NCBI RefSeq assembly: GCF_014857065.1
Contig: NZ_CP046533.1
Span: 540,001-572,000, forward strand
Source of the DNA: Candidatus Saccharimonadota bacterium
Lineage (GTDB): Bacteria; Pseudomonadota; Gammaproteobacteria; Enterobacterales; Enterobacteriaceae
DNA length: 32,000 nucleotides
Direction: 5' to 3'
Shown here: positions 29,474 to 32,000 of the stretch, one piece after another
Numbering within the stretch: position 1 is the stretch's first letter
Layout: each line of letters opens with the position of its first letter
Notes under the pieces: generated by a model
Database searches by the model: none
The model's input: the letters and a program-made list of their open reading frames with translations, nothing else
Told to the model about the DNA's origin: nothing
Translations under genes and position numbers: made by a program

Positions 29474-30543
29474 ATTGTAATATATTTTGCTTATTAAATA
29501 ATATTATTCTAATGTTAATTTTAGGATATTACAAGTTTTGTATCATTTTAAGATTTGTATGCGTTGAGTGATTAAAATAATTATATTGATTTTATTTGAT
29601 TTTTATTGAATAGAATTAATTCTAAATTCAGAATTCTGTATGAAGGTTCTTATCAGAAATTTTAAAAATTGTAATGTGATGTTACGGTTTTATATTTATT
29701 TATTAAGTTGTGTTTTAATATTTTAAATGATGATCAGTTTAGATATGGGATTCTAATTTGTAAAATGTAATGTAGTCGTTTATTTTATTTTTGATATTAT
29801 TTATTTGCATTTGTTATATGTGTATAAATATTGAACTTTTTTATGATTGTTTTCAAAATTTAGGACAAATGAATTAGAGTTATTTAGATTTTTTGTACTA
29901 GTTTGTTAGTTTTATTTAATAGATTATTTGAATTAATTATATTTAGATATTTTGTTTATTGTGTTAGTGTTTATTGAATATATTTTGGTAAAATTAATAT
30001 ATTAAGTGTCTATTTTGTGTATGTTGATATACTTGTGTTTGTTTTATATAAAGTAATATGTTAAATTGACGAAAGTTTTTGATTTTCTTTTGTTTTGCGT
30101 TAAATAATTCAATTATTATCCAATAATAATCATAGGATTTTTACTTTGGGGATGATTTAATTAATAAGTAAATTTTAATTTTGATATTTAAATTTTTGGA
30201 ATTGTTATGAGTTTTATTTGTTTATGTTGGTTTCAGTTTAAGAATGTTGAATACGTGAGATGTGGTTTTTGTACATATTTTATAAAATGTTTAGTATGAA
30301 TTATAATATGTTTTAGTAAGATTATTGAATTATAGACTTTATTTTCATGGGTGTGTTGTTATTTTATTCATTTTGTAATTTGCAAATGCCATGATTTATG
30401 TTTTAGAATGTTTTAAGTTATTTAAAATATTCAAAGCTGCTGATTATAGCAGAACGGTTTATTTTGTTCCAGTTCTAATTTGTTTTTATTTGTTTTTAAT
30501 TTGCAATTTATTATGCTTAATAAAGTGGTTTTATAATTAAGAT

Positions 30544-31059
30544 ATGGTAGAGAAACGTAATATTTTCTTAATTGGTCCTATGGGTGCGGGGAAAAGTACT
30601 ATTGGTCGTCAATTAGCACAATATTTAAATATGGAATTTTTTGATTCTGATCAAGAGATTGAGCGTCGTACAGGAGCCAATATAAGTTGGGTATTTGATG
30701 TAGAGGGTGAAGATGGTTTTCGTTTTCGAGAAGAAAAGGTTATTAATGAATTGACTGATAAAAATGGAATTGTATTAGCTACTGGAGGAGGTTCGATTAA
30801 ATCACGTGAAAATCGCAATCGGCTTTCTTCCAGAGGTTTTGTTATTTATTTAGAGACTACTATTGAGAAACAATTAGTTCGTACTCAGAGAGATAAAAAA
30901 CGTCCTTTATTAAAAACTAATAATGCATCACAAAAAATATTAGAAGCTTTAGCTATTGAACGAGAGCCATTGTATCAAGAAATTGCAGATATTACTGTTC
31001 GTACGGACGAACAGAGTGTTAGAATGGTTATTAATAGAATTATTGGTATATTGCAGTGA
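30544..31059 (+). CDS. aroK: Shikimate kinase I AroK
   Basis: 171 aa: [61 protein letters not shown]. Very close to E. coli AroK. Confidence 0.95.
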   Translation: MVEKRNIFLIGPMGAGKSTIGRQLAQYLNMEFFDSDQEIERRTGANISWVFDVEGEDGFRFREEKVINELTDKNGIVLATGGGSIKSRENRNRLSSRGFVIYLETTIEKQLVRTQRDKKRPLLKTNNASQKILEALAIEREPLYQEIADITVRTDEQSVRMVINRIIGILQ

Positions 31060-31090
31060 TGTTGTTTCGTTTTTGAGATGTATTTTTTTT

Positions 31091-32000
31091 GGAATTTTTA
31101 ATGAAGAAACTTTTTTTAAAATTAGAAAAATGTGGTTATCCTATTTTTATCGGTGATGGGCTATTAAAGAGAATTGATAATTACGGTTTGTTAGAGTTAA
31201 ATAGGATTGCAGTTATAATAACAAATGATGTTATTGCACCTTTATATTTAGATCTAGTGTCTTCTAGATTAAGTCAAAATGGATTTATGTTTGATAAAGT
31301 AATTTTACCTAATGGAGAATCTCAGAAATCTTTGAGTGTAGTTGAACAAGTTATATCTTTATTGTTAAAACAAAATTATACGCGAGATATGGTTATTATT
31401 GCTCTTGGTGGGGGTGTTATTGGTGATTTAGCTGGTTTTGTTGCTTCTATTTATCAACGTGGTGTGTGTTTTGTGCAAATACCTACTACGTTATTAGCTC
31501 AAGTGGATGCTGCTATAGGAGGGAAAACTGCGGTCAATCATGTATTGGGTAAAAATATGATTGGTAGTTATCATCAACCTAGTTCGGTTATTATAGATTT
31601 GAATTGTTTAAGTACTTTATCACGTAGGGAATTTTGTTCTGGATTAGCAGAAGTTATTAAATATGCAGTGACTTTTGATTGTGATTTTTTTATTTGGTTA
31701 GAAAATCATTTGAATGATTTGTTATCTTTAAATTTACAATGTTTATCTTATTGTGTTTACCGTTGTTGTAGTTTGAAAATTAAGGTAGTTGAAAAAGATG
31801 AACGTGAATTTAATTTGCGGATGTTACTTAATCTTGGTCATACTTATGCTCATGCAATTGAAAGTTATTTTTGCTATAAAGGTAATTGGTTACATGGTGA
31901 AGCAGTTTCTGTGGGGATTATGATGGCTATGAGTTTTTCATTTTTTTTAGGTTGGTTTAGCAAATCAGATTTTGACCGTGTTCGAAAATTGTTAATACGC
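31091..32000 (+). CDS. aroB: 3-dehydroquinate synthase AroB, 5' portion; it runs off the window end
   Basis: Not in the ORF track because it has no stop in the window. Hand translation from the ATG at 31091 stays open to 32000: MKKLFLKLEKCGYPIFIGDG..ALGGGVIGDLAGFVASIYQRGVCFVQIPTTLLAQVDAAIGGKTAVNH..LAEVIKYA..LLNLGHTYAHAIE..NWLHGEAVSVG. This matches E. coli AroB and lies directly downstream of aroK, as in E. coli. Confidence 0.92.

Noticed and set aside
29474-30543. The 1.07-kb spacer between nfuA and aroK, and the spacers 7689..8166 and 9115..9742, as hiding places for novel small genes or ncRNAs
   Set aside because: I could find no open frame with conserved motifs, no stable GC-containing structure and no repeat architecture. 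Their positions match large deletions relative to E. coli, so eroded remnants are the simplest reading. A blastx or covariance-model scan could still reveal relics.

Overview
This is AT-rich DNA (about 25-30% GC by eye) with well-conserved housekeeping genes separated by long, eroded, almost pure-AT spacers. That pattern fits a reduced-genome Enterobacterales insect endosymbiont (Blochmannia/Buchnera-like); I cannot name the species from sequence alone. Gene order follows two E. coli K-12 blocks. The first is ilvC-trxA-rho-[tRNA Arg-His-Leu-Pro]-hemD-hemC-dapF-(yigB relic)-uvrD-corA-yigL. The second is yhgN-asd-nfuA-aroK-aroB. I see no transposase, integrase, phage, CRISPR, toxin-antitoxin or defence gene, and no convincing novel gene system.

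The main feature is structural. Bases 1..12956 recur at 15886..28842 as a near-perfect direct repeat with a period of 15885/15886 bp. Every ORF-track protein is identical between copies, and the only difference I found is one T4/T5 homopolymer length. Because ilvC-trxA-rho(5') lies between the copies, the arrangement looks like a head-to-tail tandem duplication of a roughly 15.9 kb unit running from ilvC to asd. Its novel asd>ilvC junction is at 12956/12957, exactly where a perfect 46-bp spacerless palindrome begins. The left end of copy 1 lies upstream of the window, so it is not observed. An assembly artefact cannot be excluded from sequence alone.

Smaller observations:
- hemD has no in-frame canonical start. 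The correctly placed ATG is out of frame across an A9 tract.
- tRNA-Leu has an enlarged variable loop, and none of the four tRNAs encodes CCA.
- TrxA carries WCNPC instead of WCGPC.
- yigB is a multiply disrupted pseudogene, and yigA-xerC are deleted.
- UvrD lacks its C-terminal extension.
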